Both the position numbers and the translations under genes were made by a program. 64,000 nt of DNA from a phage. The stretch lies in NCBI GenBank assembly GCA_033286805.1, contig GCA_033286805.1_4727.1; one strand, 5' to 3'. Below the pieces are notes generated by a model that worked only from the letters and a program-made list of their open reading frames with translations, searched no databases and was not told where the DNA came from. Positions 28,283 through 38,595 of the stretch are shown piece by piece. Numbering within the stretch: position 1 is the first letter of the stretch; every line of letters starts with the position of its first letter.

Positions 28283-28645
28283 TTATTCTACGCTGTCTTC
28301 TTCCGTATCTTCCTCTTCGGAACCATCGAATGTTTTCATTGTGACGGTGGTATCCCAGTTAGCCGCGTAATCAGCCATCGCTTCACGCAGCGCTTCTTCA
28401 CCAGCATCACCAGCCAGGTCAAGTACAACCAAACCCTGTGCGACGTTTTGAGCAACGGTATCAATAACGGTTGCATCTTCTTCAAAACTACGTACGGGTT
28501 CAATGGTACCTACATCAACAGCGTAGTTCGTGGTTGCTGTAAACACGGCGACTTGTAGCGCATTGCTATCTTCATCATGCAGTGCTGCTTCAATACCGAT
28601 CGGACGAGCCAGTTCTTGTAGTGTTAATTTGCGAATTAAGTTCAT
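28283..28645 (-). CDS. hypothetical acidic protein
   Basis: 120-aa ORF, acidic C-terminus. Confidence 0.45.
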   Translation of the reverse strand: MNLIRKLTLQELARPIGIEAALHDEDSNALQVAVFTATTNYAVDVGTIEPVRSFEEDATVIDTVAQNVAQGLVVLDLAGDAGEEALREAMADYAANWDTTVTMKTFDGSEEEDTEEDSVE

Positions 28646-28677
28646 TATGTTTTCCTCAGGTGAATGTTAGCAATCGT

Positions 28678-29103
28678 TTAAAACTTTAAAACTTTTTCGA
28701 TACGATGGTTGACGAGTTCATTGAACGACTCTTCAGCTTGTTCGATGATTTCATCAACGTCGATATCTAATTGTTGGGGTTGGATAACATGCTCTTTCAT
28801 GGTTTCCAGCCAGTATTCGGCTTTAATCATGACGTTAGCGACGTGTTCGACCTGGCTGCGTATGTCGACGATCTGGCAGTCAGGATTGTTAATATCGATG
28901 ATGTGTCCGTGGTGGTTGATAAAACCTAGCTTATTTGATGCCCTTACCGCATCGCGGGTAAGTTCTTGCAAGATTAAATTATTAACGTAGTTCACTGCTA
29001 CGGAACGATTTTCGTTATCACTCATACCAGGGATCCTCTTTAAGTCATCACATTCTAGTGTTAAGCAGTTAAAATAAACCGTTCCTTTTATCAGCATAAA
29101 CAT
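28678..29103 (-). CDS. hypothetical protein
   Basis: 141-aa ORF. Confidence 0.45.
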   Translation of the reverse strand: MFMLIKGTVYFNCLTLECDDLKRIPGMSDNENRSVAVNYVNNLILQELTRDAVRASNKLGFINHHGHIIDINNPDCQIVDIRSQVEHVANVMIKAEYWLETMKEHVIQPQQLDIDVDEIIEQAEESFNELVNHRIEKVLKF

Positions 29104-29132
29104 CCTCCTCCCACCACATGGGTAGGAGGAGG
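29104..29132 (-). terminator. hairpin followed by TTTATGCTG variant
   Basis: CCTCCTCC / GGAGGAGG stem after stop of 29144-29554. Confidence 0.45.
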
Positions 29133-29143
29133 CGTAATATGCA

Positions 29144-29554
29144 TCAGAAAGGAGGACGATCTTTAAATTCTAGCAACGTGTCTTCGAAGCAAGCGATGAG
29201 TTCAGACTGCAATTCGGTACGGCCTTGTTCACCGAAGAGTTCCAGCAACATTAACCCCCGAGCGGTCTTCGTAGCAACCTCTTCGCAGATGCGGAGATCG
29301 CGAACTTCATCATCGCCGACATCTTTACGTAACTGCGCTGCAATGGGCTTAAGATTACCGTTTTCATCGTGTTCGTCACGAAATGCATCATAAGCCGCAT
29401 CGATGTTCGCGATCCGTGTCAACCCTTCAGAATCCCGCCAGTCTCGATATAATCCAAGCAGACGGTTATGATTCTTCGTTTTGACGTTCGGTGCTGGAAG
29501 GTTGCGCAACAGATGTGGTGTAATCATTGCTATCACGCTATCCGAATGATCCAT
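29144..29554 (-). CDS. hypothetical protein
   Basis: 136-aa ORF. Confidence 0.45.
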   Translation of the reverse strand: MDHSDSVIAMITPHLLRNLPAPNVKTKNHNRLLGLYRDWRDSEGLTRIANIDAAYDAFRDEHDENGNLKPIAAQLRKDVGDDEVRDLRICEEVATKTARGLMLLELFGEQGRTELQSELIACFEDTLLEFKDRPPF

Positions 29555-29565
29555 CGTATACCTCG

Positions 29566-31734
29566 TTAGCTTTCGCAGTCATCTGCGTCGATGATTTGTC
29601 CGCCAGCAACGTTCAGTTGATGATACAGAATCCTCAACGCACGGTTGCCGCCAATGGGATACTTCTCGAAGTTGGTCGCAATAGGAATCGCTGACGGTTT
29701 ATCGGTCGCATAGATGCTTTCAGTGATGCTATCCACCTGTTTTGGATTGTTCGCATAATCCATAAAGACGCTTGCGAACCATCCGCCAGCAAAGGCGGTA
29801 ACTTCGCGATGTTCAGATTCACCACAGTAACGAGTTGGTTGCTCTTTACCCGGAGAACTGTATTTATCGCTATTACTGAGTTTCGACGGTAATCCATGCG
29901 CTTGCAGTTTAGGGATGCCCACCGCTGACCAGTCGTTCGCCGTCTTCTCCAACATCATGATGTACGTGTCACCGATCGCAATATCGTTCTTGGTTGTCCG
30001 CCATTGCCCAGAACGTCCACGATACCGTACAGGACCTTTCTTCAACGGGAACTCACGAATCAGATTCTCCATACGTTCTGAACCTGCTGCGATACTGTCC
30101 GTCGGGATATAAACTTCCGTACCGTGGCGCTGTACGTACCGTAAATGATCCCATTTATCCTCATCCGTGATACAGTATTTTTCAACAACCTGTTCCACGA
30201 ACTCAGGACTGACGATATAGTAGTAGCGCATCAGTGTGTTCCAAGCGGTCTCCAGATCGCCTGCATCCATCACCGGTTTCAGTTCACGCATGATCTGATC
30301 ACCAACGCCGTTGATGTACGGTGCGTTAACACGACTTAAACTCATCCTTTTGATTACCGTACTATCGTCGAACATGAAGTCCGCAACGTTACCCCATTGG
30401 TCGACCGGCATTTCATCGTCTTCCATGATGTCGGTTACGACGAATTTATCACCCGCCATACCGGTGAATTTAAACCCGATACCTGGAACGACGTCGTACG
30501 TGTACGTGATGGTCACACGCCAATCATCGAGATTCTCTTTGCGGTAATCGCGAGTCGGTAGCACATGACGTAGCTGTCCGTTGGGATTGCGGATATCAAT
30601 ACCATGTTCAGCATCAGCCAGGTTCAACCACCACATCACCGTTTGATGATGACGTATCGGCGTACCAACGCGTTCACGTTCGTACTTACGAACAGCATCC
30701 TGAATCCGGGTGTAAAGCAAACCGATTGCGTTCTCGTATTTCAGGAATTGACGATACGGAGGACGCATCTTCTCTTCCATCATAATCGCACGCTCGCGGG
30801 CTTGACGTCCAGAACGACGATGTCGATCGCTGACAACATCGATATCCGTTACACGCGCATTCGGTTCCGCGTAAGTGAGGTCATCGTAAACATAATCCAC
30901 GCGCTGAAGATTACACGTCATCATGTCAACAACGCTAAGGATAGGATCGATTTCGCGTGTTGCTGCGAGTAACCCATCCTTACGAATACGCTCACCGTTC
31001 TCGGGTATTGCTTGATATACCTCGTCATCACCGTAGAGATTGATTGGGTATCGCGATTTACCTGACGTGATTGTTCGCTTCTCAATACCGGTACTGGTGA
31101 AATGCTTCAATACACCACGACGGGCAACGCCACCATCTTCAATACACTGATAGAAGCTACCGAAACACACCTTGCAATCGCGACCGTAGCCCCACTCGCG
31201 CGTTTCTTGATTGATCGCTGGGCTTTCCATCAAACGAGAATATCGCGGTACGATCTGGCCTCGACGGAGGGAATGGAACAAGTTGGTTGGTCGAAAACGG
31301 AAACCGTACTGCTGATGCATGATGTGATGCTCAGGCACTTCGAGCAAACGCAGTTCGTGACGGTTACCATCCTCTTGGTTTTCATACAGCACGTAATGCA
31401 TCGTGTTTGTTTTGATGCTGTTTGCTGTATGCCCCGGTTGGAAACGTGGGATGATATCTATGATGCGAGATTCAACTGGAAACTCTACTGACCACGTGTT
31501 CTGTCCGTACTGGTATTCGATCCCCGTCGTCAGTCGGGACGGTTTCGCATCTTTGATAACCAACGCTTGGCTAAGATGTCCACCAAACATCGCAGCGCGC
31601 TGTGCTGAGTTATAATGCAATAGCCCGTTAAGTCCTGTCCCTACGCCAGTATACTCCTGTTTAATGGGAATGATTTTACCTTCAGCGATTGCCTGCTTCA
31701 CAGATTCATAAAGAGGTTTTTCTTTATAATGCAT
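29566..31734 (-). CDS. multisubunit RNA polymerase beta subunit, C-terminal fragment
   Basis: NSAQRAAMFGGHLSQA (cf. ANRALMGANMQRQA), GDKFVVTD...EMPVD...SRVN (cf. GDKMAGRHGNKGV...EDMPYD...SRMN), RYCGESEHREVTAFAGGW (cf. QRFGEMEVWALEAYGA); ATG 31734 with AGGAAG SD, alternative 31899. Confidence 0.65.
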   Translation of the reverse strand: MHYKEKPLYESVKQAIAEGKIIPIKQEYTGVGTGLNGLLHYNSAQRAAMFGGHLSQALVIKDAKPSRLTTGIEYQYGQNTWSVEFPVESRIIDIIPRFQPGHTANSIKTNTMHYVLYENQEDGNRHELRLLEVPEHHIMHQQYGFRFRPTNLFHSLRRGQIVPRYSRLMESPAINQETREWGYGRDCKVCFGSFYQCIEDGGVARRGVLKHFTSTGIEKRTITSGKSRYPINLYGDDEVYQAIPENGERIRKDGLLAATREIDPILSVVDMMTCNLQRVDYVYDDLTYAEPNARVTDIDVVSDRHRRSGRQARERAIMMEEKMRPPYRQFLKYENAIGLLYTRIQDAVRKYERERVGTPIRHHQTVMWWLNLADAEHGIDIRNPNGQLRHVLPTRDYRKENLDDWRVTITYTYDVVPGIGFKFTGMAGDKFVVTDIMEDDEMPVDQWGNVADFMFDDSTVIKRMSLSRVNAPYINGVGDQIMRELKPVMDAGDLETAWNTLMRYYYIVSPEFVEQVVEKYCITDEDKWDHLRYVQRHGTEVYIPTDSIAAGSERMENLIREFPLKKGPVRYRGRSGQWRTTKNDIAIGDTYIMMLEKTANDWSAVGIPKLQAHGLPSKLSNSDKYSSPGKEQPTRYCGESEHREVTAFAGGWFASVFMDYANNPKQVDSITESIYATDKPSAIPIATNFEKYPIGGNRALRILYHQLNVAGGQIIDADDCES

Positions 31735-31765
31735 AGGACTTCCTATTATCGAATTGAGGTACGTC

Positions 31766-32119
31766 ATGTCTAACACGCCCCTGAACGACTTTCTTAAGAC
31801 AAACCCCGATGACCTCATCCACGATCTTGATTTCAGGAACGTTGTTGAGATGCATCTGGAATATTTCAAAAATGCCGGACTGGTCTCTACGATAGACATA
31901 CCACCCGAACGCGCCTACGAATTCGATGGTAACTTTTATGGATTGTGTCGTGTTCTGCTCGGTGAGGGCAGTGAACCAATGCACTGGATAACCATGAGAC
32001 TCAATGGTTATCGCGACCCTACGGAATACACCGCCGATGTTCTAACCATGAGGATTGTCGATACAAGCGCAATCAACACATTAAAACAACAGTACCGCAC
32101 AATCCACTACAGCGCTTAA
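31766..32119 (+). CDS. hypothetical protein
   Basis: 117 aa from ATG 31766 with GAGGT SD; followed by plus-strand terminator hairpin. Confidence 0.4.
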   Translation: MSNTPLNDFLKTNPDDLIHDLDFRNVVEMHLEYFKNAGLVSTIDIPPERAYEFDGNFYGLCRVLLGEGSEPMHWITMRLNGYRDPTEYTADVLTMRIVDTSAINTLKQQYRTIHYSA

Positions 32120-32124
32120 GATAA

Positions 32125-32153
32125 CCCTCCCACAGCGTAAAGCGTAGGGAGGG
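32125..32153 (+). terminator. plus-strand GC-rich hairpin followed by TTTATGCCGTCG
   Basis: CCCTCCC / GGGAGGG stem; same motif family as minus-strand copies. Confidence 0.45.
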
Positions 32154-32184
32154 CATTTATGCCGTCGTTCGATGACTTAATACA

Positions 32185-33465
32185 TCAGAAACGATTCACA
32201 GTACGTCCTGTCCACGCGCTCAGGATGTTGTTACGTTCCATCTCAGCACGACGACGTAAACCGTTTGGCGACTGCGGTGCTTGCGGCATCCCCCATCCAG
32301 CCGGTTGCATACCCATGCCCGGCCAAGCAGCGTTATTGAACATCGTACCGTTACGTTCCGCAACACGGTTCATCAGCGCATCAAACGTGCTATTACCTGC
32401 CGGTTGGTTACCGCCGCTTTCCCACTGATTAGGTTGGACAGGTGCGGTTTTACCTAACAGGTTATCGATCACACTGCCTGTTGAAGCAGGACGCGGTTGC
32501 ATACCTTCATGTGCAGCTGCTGATGGATTTGGCTTAACCGTCGGCTGCGGACGACTGTTCAGCGTTACACCCATGTTGTATTTCGCTGGCGGAATCTGAC
32601 CACGATGTTGATTGATCGGTTCAAAATCCTCAACCCAGGTAACATCACAATAACCGTTCTCTTTACCGTCGTACTTATCACCAAACAGTTTGATGAGATT
32701 GTTCAGCGGTTCCATCAGCTTAGCGAAGCTGTGGATAAGACAATCGAAATACGGAGCATGAGGATCGCTTGACCCAGCGTTGTACGTTTCGCTTACTTCA
32801 CCCGCGTGCGGGATAACGTACTCAACCAGGTTTCTCAGCATGTTAAGATCTTTCTTGGAAATCTCAACACCACACCAGTACGTTTTCTTATCTTTCGTGC
32901 TGATATGTTCTTCTTCCATGAACGGGAAAGTAACGACCGCAACACGGGTCATCTTCTTACCCATGTAGGTTGCACCAGTACGACGAAGATAAATTTTAGA
33001 CAACGTATACGGTGTGTCACGTTTCAACCAAACGGTGACCAGTTTACCTAACGTCGTTAGCGTTTTATCGCTGGCGTCCGCAAGGATGTTGAAGAACTCT
33101 TTTTGCTTCGGTCCGAAACGTTTTGCTTCTTTAGGGTTGATTGCGGTTTCAACCATCCAAATCAACATGGAGCACAGCGTGGCATTAAAACGAACAACCA
33201 TCGCACGACGCAGGAATTGAAGGACTTCCGATTCGCCGTTCATCACGTCTTCACTTAGCGGATGGAACAGCACACGTTCAGCCAGCTGATTTCCGGTACG
33301 GACTTCGGAAACCGGCATAAGCAACGGCATGCTTTCCACGGTAGCGGCAACTGCAACAACTTTACCATCCCCATCCGTAAAACGATATTCTAATTCGTGG
33401 GCGTCATTCTCAAAATAGTTAACGCTCTGTAGTGCTTTGCGATAAGCTTCGATAAGCTTCGACAT
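32185..33465 (-). CDS. hypothetical protein with low-complexity G/P/Q-rich C-terminus
   Basis: 426-aa ORF. Confidence 0.5.
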   Translation of the reverse strand: MSKLIEAYRKALQSVNYFENDAHELEYRFTDGDGKVVAVAATVESMPLLMPVSEVRTGNQLAERVLFHPLSEDVMNGESEVLQFLRRAMVVRFNATLCSMLIWMVETAINPKEAKRFGPKQKEFFNILADASDKTLTTLGKLVTVWLKRDTPYTLSKIYLRRTGATYMGKKMTRVAVVTFPFMEEEHISTKDKKTYWCGVEISKKDLNMLRNLVEYVIPHAGEVSETYNAGSSDPHAPYFDCLIHSFAKLMEPLNNLIKLFGDKYDGKENGYCDVTWVEDFEPINQHRGQIPPAKYNMGVTLNSRPQPTVKPNPSAAAHEGMQPRPASTGSVIDNLLGKTAPVQPNQWESGGNQPAGNSTFDALMNRVAERNGTMFNNAAWPGMGMQPAGWGMPQAPQSPNGLRRRAEMERNNILSAWTGRTVNRF

Positions 33466-33520
33466 ATTGTATTTCCTTTTCTTTACGTCAACGGTCCCCC
33501 TACAACAGGGGACCTATGGA

Positions 33521-35107
33521 TTAGAAGTTGCCTTTGGTAGTTACCGCATCCACCAGGTTAAACAAATCAACGCTCAGCTTATACACCTCCTGCTGGCTAC
33601 GGTTGAGCAGCGGACTGTATGCAGATGGGTTGATGTTCGGCATGGTGTACGGAATCGGTGCAGAACCGTCAACGCTGATCTTGAACTGGCTGTCCAGGAA
33701 CAGGTTAATCGCGCCGCTCACCATAACCGCATTCGGGTTGTTGCCCAACATGGAGGGTAGGATATTGGTAATCATGTCAGAACGCATTTGTTCAGCAGCA
33801 CGGTTACAATCGTATCCTTTAATGAACGGTACTGCGTCGGTAACCGCAACCGCCCACTGACCTGGCATGATACCGAGTTCTGGGTGACCATGGTTGTCAG
33901 CAATGAAACGGAACGATTCCAACATGCGATACGTCATCGCAGCAGGCATCATTGCAGCAAGCGATGAACAATACAGCGTTGGATAATCGATCACATCCCA
34001 GCTCTGGCTGTCGGTCGGCATCCAACCAAACTCGGTGGTTGCTGATGTACCACGACGAGCTTCCACATACGGGAATAACGTTAAGACGTCACGGATATGT
34101 TCACCGAACATCCGTTTCATGTCAGCCCAACTCAGGCTACCGCTGAAAGCGAATCCTTCATCACGCATAATCGCACCGAATACCGGATGCGCAACCAACG
34201 GTTCTTCACGAACAGCTTGAGCGGCTTCCACGTAAATATCCTCGTTCTCTGCGCTACCTGGATGAGACCCGCTTTCGTACGTCTGACGAATAGCTCCAAC
34301 ATTATCGAAGGCTTTTCTCAGATAGATGGTTGGGATGTTCGTATCGGCACTAGCGGGTTTGATTTTCTCTGTCGCGAAACACATTGCTGCTTCCACACCA
34401 CGGAAAACCGGTTCCGGTTGCGGTGGATAGGATGTACGATGAACCACATCAGCGTAGGCTGGATCGAACTGTTGCATCACGTTCTGCATGGCTGGGTCCA
34501 TGAACTGGTTATCAAAACCACCATTACCTACCCAACGTGCTGTTGATGCATAGGTCAGCGTATCCTGAACACGAGTACTGAACTGAACATCACGATTAAC
34601 AGGGTCGTATGCGCCGGTCAACAGGTTCGTTGCGTCCATCGGGGTCGCGCGAACGATTTGCTTACCGAACATATCTGTCGTGGTTGTTTCGGTTACCTGG
34701 ATTACGTTCGTGAAGAAGAACACCAGTTCATTCGGCAGATCGATAGCACGCGTTGTAAACGCATCGAGGCTTACAGAATGGTCGGTGTATCCAGAAATGT
34801 AATGGACACGCTTGGTTCCTGGTGCAAGGGCCAAGGATTCTTCTACCGCCATCATGAAATGGAAACGGCGTGTGCCCCAACCATTCGCAATCTCCGAAAC
34901 CCCCTCAGGTTCTGCAGACTGCTGCAACAAACCGGTTGCAAGCTTATTGATTGCTGATGGTGTTGTTGCCGTACCGAACCGCGTCGTGTTAATAAAGTCT
35001 TCGATGCTACGCATGCTATCTGCGTGGAATCGTAGTGGACGACGTTGTACGTTGTTGTACGGTGCGGTTTCAACCATCAGTATTTCACGAACATTCATCG
35101 GGATCAT
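33521..35107 (-). CDS. hypothetical protein
   Basis: 528-aa ORF, no recognised motif. Confidence 0.55.
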   Translation of the reverse strand: MIPMNVREILMVETAPYNNVQRRPLRFHADSMRSIEDFINTTRFGTATTPSAINKLATGLLQQSAEPEGVSEIANGWGTRRFHFMMAVEESLALAPGTKRVHYISGYTDHSVSLDAFTTRAIDLPNELVFFFTNVIQVTETTTTDMFGKQIVRATPMDATNLLTGAYDPVNRDVQFSTRVQDTLTYASTARWVGNGGFDNQFMDPAMQNVMQQFDPAYADVVHRTSYPPQPEPVFRGVEAAMCFATEKIKPASADTNIPTIYLRKAFDNVGAIRQTYESGSHPGSAENEDIYVEAAQAVREEPLVAHPVFGAIMRDEGFAFSGSLSWADMKRMFGEHIRDVLTLFPYVEARRGTSATTEFGWMPTDSQSWDVIDYPTLYCSSLAAMMPAAMTYRMLESFRFIADNHGHPELGIMPGQWAVAVTDAVPFIKGYDCNRAAEQMRSDMITNILPSMLGNNPNAVMVSGAINLFLDSQFKISVDGSAPIPYTMPNINPSAYSPLLNRSQQEVYKLSVDLFNLVDAVTTKGNF

Positions 35108-35108
35108 T

Positions 35109-36695
35109 TTATTTTTTTCCTCTTAAATTTACTACGTGTTCATTTAATCGAACAACTAATTGCACAAGCTGCTGACGGATATCTGCTGGACAAAGCATCA
35201 ATCCTTTACGATCAGCTGGGACTTTCTCAAGGATTTCCGGGCCTGCTGCTGAAACATCCCAGTCCCATTCACAAAACGCATCGGCCACCATGTTAATACC
35301 GACAACCGGTAAAGTTGTACGTTCATCTTCATACATGGCGTGTGGATACAATTTATTGACAGTAATGATCTCCTGTGGTTTTAATTGGTGGATAATCTGA
35401 TAAACATCGTCGCGTTTAACCTGGATACCTACGGTCAGCGCTGCTAGTTGAGGAAAACCCCAATGGTCTAATAAGCAAGCTGCGATCGCTAACGCTTTTG
35501 CTTGATGCACGGCTTCAATCGGTGCCAGACTTCTCGCCGGAAGATGGCTATCAAGCAACCATTGTGCCAGTGCTCGGCATCCACGGTTGATTGGTTTTAA
35601 CTCAACGGTGTCATCATGTTTAGCGTACGTGTATCCGTCGTAACGTTTTGCGATACGCGCATACATGTCTTCAACTTTACCGTAAGGTGCTGTTTCGTCG
35701 ACGTCGTGTAACACACGTTCCATCTGGGTAAGATACGCAATGTCGAGAATGAGTACACGTGGTGAACGTTTATCTTTCACCATCAACGCATCAATCACGC
35801 CTTGACTATCTTCATCTTGCGCGTTCCCTCGCGGGGTTTTCTCACGAATCGGTCCGCTGAAACGTCGTTCCGTACAAAGGTTATTCACATAGCTAAAGAT
35901 CAGTGTTACCAGATGCGTACAACTCACCAACACCCCATCTTTAACGACAGGCTGTACGGCTTGGTCCAAGTCGCGTACGGCGAGGCGGCGGACGATGGCT
36001 TGTGAACGCAACCAGCCGGGCACTTTCTCCGTCGACATGTAATCCACGGTCATCGACAGTGTGATCTTTTTATCACCCGTCTGTGCGCGGATATAGTCTT
36101 CCAGTCGGTCGTAAGCGGCGATATCATGGATGCGTGTTTTATACATCAACGACATGGCCACTTCTTCTTTACGGACTGTCCCGTACGTTTTCCCTGCGTC
36201 AATCAGAAACTCTGCCCAAATCGGCACCATCAGACGGACGTAGATCGCTAACGCTGTTAACTCAACGTAATCATTTCGTAAATAGGTTTTCTCAGGTATG
36301 TCATCCTCACCTAATGTTGTTTTCATGTCTGGTGGTAATTTTACCCAACCTGGGGTATTACACAACGCCAGAATCTCTTCATACACAACCGGTTTGTAAA
36401 TTTCACCAACAGCGCGACTCAACTCCTCCATTTGTTGTTGTGGAGCAATGTAGTTATCCATCGCTTCACGTGCTTTAACGAACCCTTCGAAGATGTCGTC
36501 AATTCGACGTGGGTTCTTTTGTTCTATCCAGGCGAGATACTTGTTAATCTCCCGCATCTGATTGCTAGCCATATCCCCATCAATCTTGATGTAACCCTGA
36601 CCTGAAAATTCTACAGTACGTCCATCACGATGTTTGATGAGATAGTGATCCAGCTTTTCTTTTCCTTGCGTCGTAATGACGGGCACTATGTGCAT
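35109..36695 (-). CDS. hypothetical protein (early-promoter-driven)
   Basis: Start set to ATG 36695 (MHIVPVITT) with AGAGG SD; track N-terminal extension would lie upstream of the promoter motif. Confidence 0.55.
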   Translation of the reverse strand: MHIVPVITTQGKEKLDHYLIKHRDGRTVEFSGQGYIKIDGDMASNQMREINKYLAWIEQKNPRRIDDIFEGFVKAREAMDNYIAPQQQMEELSRAVGEIYKPVVYEEILALCNTPGWVKLPPDMKTTLGEDDIPEKTYLRNDYVELTALAIYVRLMVPIWAEFLIDAGKTYGTVRKEEVAMSLMYKTRIHDIAAYDRLEDYIRAQTGDKKITLSMTVDYMSTEKVPGWLRSQAIVRRLAVRDLDQAVQPVVKDGVLVSCTHLVTLIFSYVNNLCTERRFSGPIREKTPRGNAQDEDSQGVIDALMVKDKRSPRVLILDIAYLTQMERVLHDVDETAPYGKVEDMYARIAKRYDGYTYAKHDDTVELKPINRGCRALAQWLLDSHLPARSLAPIEAVHQAKALAIAACLLDHWGFPQLAALTVGIQVKRDDVYQIIHQLKPQEIITVNKLYPHAMYEDERTTLPVVGINMVADAFCEWDWDVSAAGPEILEKVPADRKGLMLCPADIRQQLVQLVVRLNEHVVNLRGKK

Positions 36696-36750
36696 AACAA
36701 CCTCTTTTCGCGGTTCCCTGTTAAAACGTCTTCTGTGACGTCTACCACAA

Positions 36751-36772
36751 AGGTAATATAAGCGTGAATAAT
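36751..36772 (-). promoter_or_regulatory. early-promoter-like motif copy 2
   Basis: Minus-strand ...CACGCTTATATTACCTTT ~56 nt upstream of ATG 36695. Confidence 0.4.
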
Positions 36773-36899
36773 TTTGGATTCCGGCTGAGTTATCGCTCAG
36801 CATGCAAGGCATCCCGCCGAAGCGAGACACCTTGCACTAACGGAAAATATTCGCGTTACCTTCTGAATCGAAGACTCAGAATGCGATACTAAAGCATCA

Positions 36900-37688
36900 T
36901 TAGAATGCTAAACCATCAAAGGCGATTGACGGATCATCGTCGTCATTTGCGCTAGGCGCGTCCCAACGTGTGTCAGGGGCTGCTGAAGCCGAACTTGAGG
37001 CATTAGAGTTACCGTTGTACTGGCCGTTACCAGCATTACGGTTACCGCCACCGTTGTTATTGTTACGATTGTAGCTGTTGTTACCATTGCTTACGCTACG
37101 ACTTTCACCGTCAAAGTTGGTTGCGAGGATGCTTGGTAACACCGCACGATGGATACGTACGAATTCCAGCGCACAAAGCGGAGAAACAACACCGATCTGC
37201 AAAGGTTGTCCAGACTCATCAACCAAAGCGTGGAAACGCGGCGGTTTGAACACGAATTGGATGTTCGGTTTTTGGTACGCGGTTACCGCGATGTACACCG
37301 AACCATCGTCATTCTTACCCACCCACGTTGTGCTCTCGGTAATCTGCTTTTTCTTACCTGGGTTATTGCGATCATCGATAACCTTTTCGTTCTTCATCGC
37401 AAAGCGTTGACCAGGTTTACCCTTAGCAACCTGCTCGAGGATCGCAAGCAGGTTATAGAACGCGTATGAGCTCATGCGTGCCCAAATGCTTTCAGCGCGA
37501 CCCTGCTGGTCTTTACGACCGGTGTAAACCGTGATACGCGGTTGATTCTTAGCAACGCTAATTTTCAATGAGGGGACTGAATTACCGCCCTCAACCTTTT
37601 CGTCCGCCCACAGTTTCCAGTTGTTGTCGTCATACGCTGTAGGAATAATGTTTCCTTGTGGTTTACTGCCCGAATTCCAATTGCTCAT
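36900..37688 (-). CDS. putative ssDNA-binding-like protein (N/G-rich linker, acidic C-terminal tip)
   Basis: C-terminus NGNNSYNRNNNNGGGNRNAGNGQYNGNS...DDDDPSIAFDGLAF resembles SSB linker and acidic tail; fold unverified. Confidence 0.35.
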   Translation of the reverse strand: MSNWNSGSKPQGNIIPTAYDDNNWKLWADEKVEGGNSVPSLKISVAKNQPRITVYTGRKDQQGRAESIWARMSSYAFYNLLAILEQVAKGKPGQRFAMKNEKVIDDRNNPGKKKQITESTTWVGKNDDGSVYIAVTAYQKPNIQFVFKPPRFHALVDESGQPLQIGVVSPLCALEFVRIHRAVLPSILATNFDGESRSVSNGNNSYNRNNNNGGGNRNAGNGQYNGNSNASSSASAAPDTRWDAPSANDDDDPSIAFDGLAF

Positions 37689-37761
37689 TTTCAGCCTCGT
37701 TACGTAGTGTGAATCAATTTCTGGTTCAGATGATAGTTAATATTAGTTAAAAATTACAGCC

Positions 37762-38595
37762 TCAGCGGAACATGTCCAACAGAAAACGTTTTGCAAAGGG
37801 GTCACGTAACTGGTTGACGCCAAAGCGCGTACGGTCTTCCGTTGTTAATGGATTCCACTGACTCTGTTTCGCAAGATCTAACAGCATCCTTTTTATTTTC
37901 ACCGGCCCACTGTTAAACTGTACGGCTTGGTCACCGAACGTTCCCAAGGTCATCTTTGTAAATGGAAGATTCGCAACCTCTGGACGATCCCCACCAGTAA
38001 GTTTAGTCGACCACTGATGTTTTCGTTTCAAGGTTCCGGTATGGCTCTCTACCAAAATAAGTTCACCAAAACCGGTTCTTGCCAACAAGTCAGAAACATA
38101 GTGCGTGGTGATATACGATGTCTTGGTTATCGCGGGTAATTTACAATCCATCGATTCGATATTAGGGAGTCGATCTACAGACGCCATTAACCCACGATAA
38201 AGTGTCGCGAGTCCTTTTTGTTTTTCGGTGTGTGGCTCCTTATGTATAGCGTGCGGATAAACACGCTTTATTGATGCGTAGGTTGGCGCATATATCCGCA
38301 AGCGAATATGAGGAACGAGTTCATTCACCAGCTGCCTTAGCTGCAGTAATTCGTTTTGAAAATCCCCCGTTATCGTCGACAACGGTAATTTATGTTGTTC
38401 AACGTCTTCAAAGCTTTCAACGAAATTGCGTGCTAAAGTACGCAGGTTGAACAACCAATCCATCGGTGTTTCTGGCTGTTGCTGCACTGCGGATAGTGTT
38501 GCTGATGTCCCTACCGATAAAGGATAATCACCTAACGTGCGGGCGTACATATCGCTCATACCCCACAACTCCTTCTTATCATGGCAACGTATCAA
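37762..38595 (-). CDS. hypothetical protein
   Basis: 277-aa ORF. Confidence 0.5.
   Translation of the reverse strand: MIRCHDKKELWGMSDMYARTLGDYPLSVGTSATLSAVQQQPETPMDWLFNLRTLARNFVESFEDVEQHKLPLSTITGDFQNELLQLRQLVNELVPHIRLRIYAPTYASIKRVYPHAIHKEPHTEKQKGLATLYRGLMASVDRLPNIESMDCKLPAITKTSYITTHYVSDLLARTGFGELILVESHTGTLKRKHQWSTKLTGGDRPEVANLPFTKMTLGTFGDQAVQFNSGPVKIKRMLLDLAKQSQWNPLTTEDRTRFGVNQLRDPFAKRFLLDMFR

Noticed and set aside
32159-32428. Plus-strand 89-aa ORF beginning at the ATG of the TTTATGCCG motif
   Set aside because: Overlaps the 426-aa minus-strand gene entirely; the ATG is part of a conserved regulatory motif rather than a start codon.
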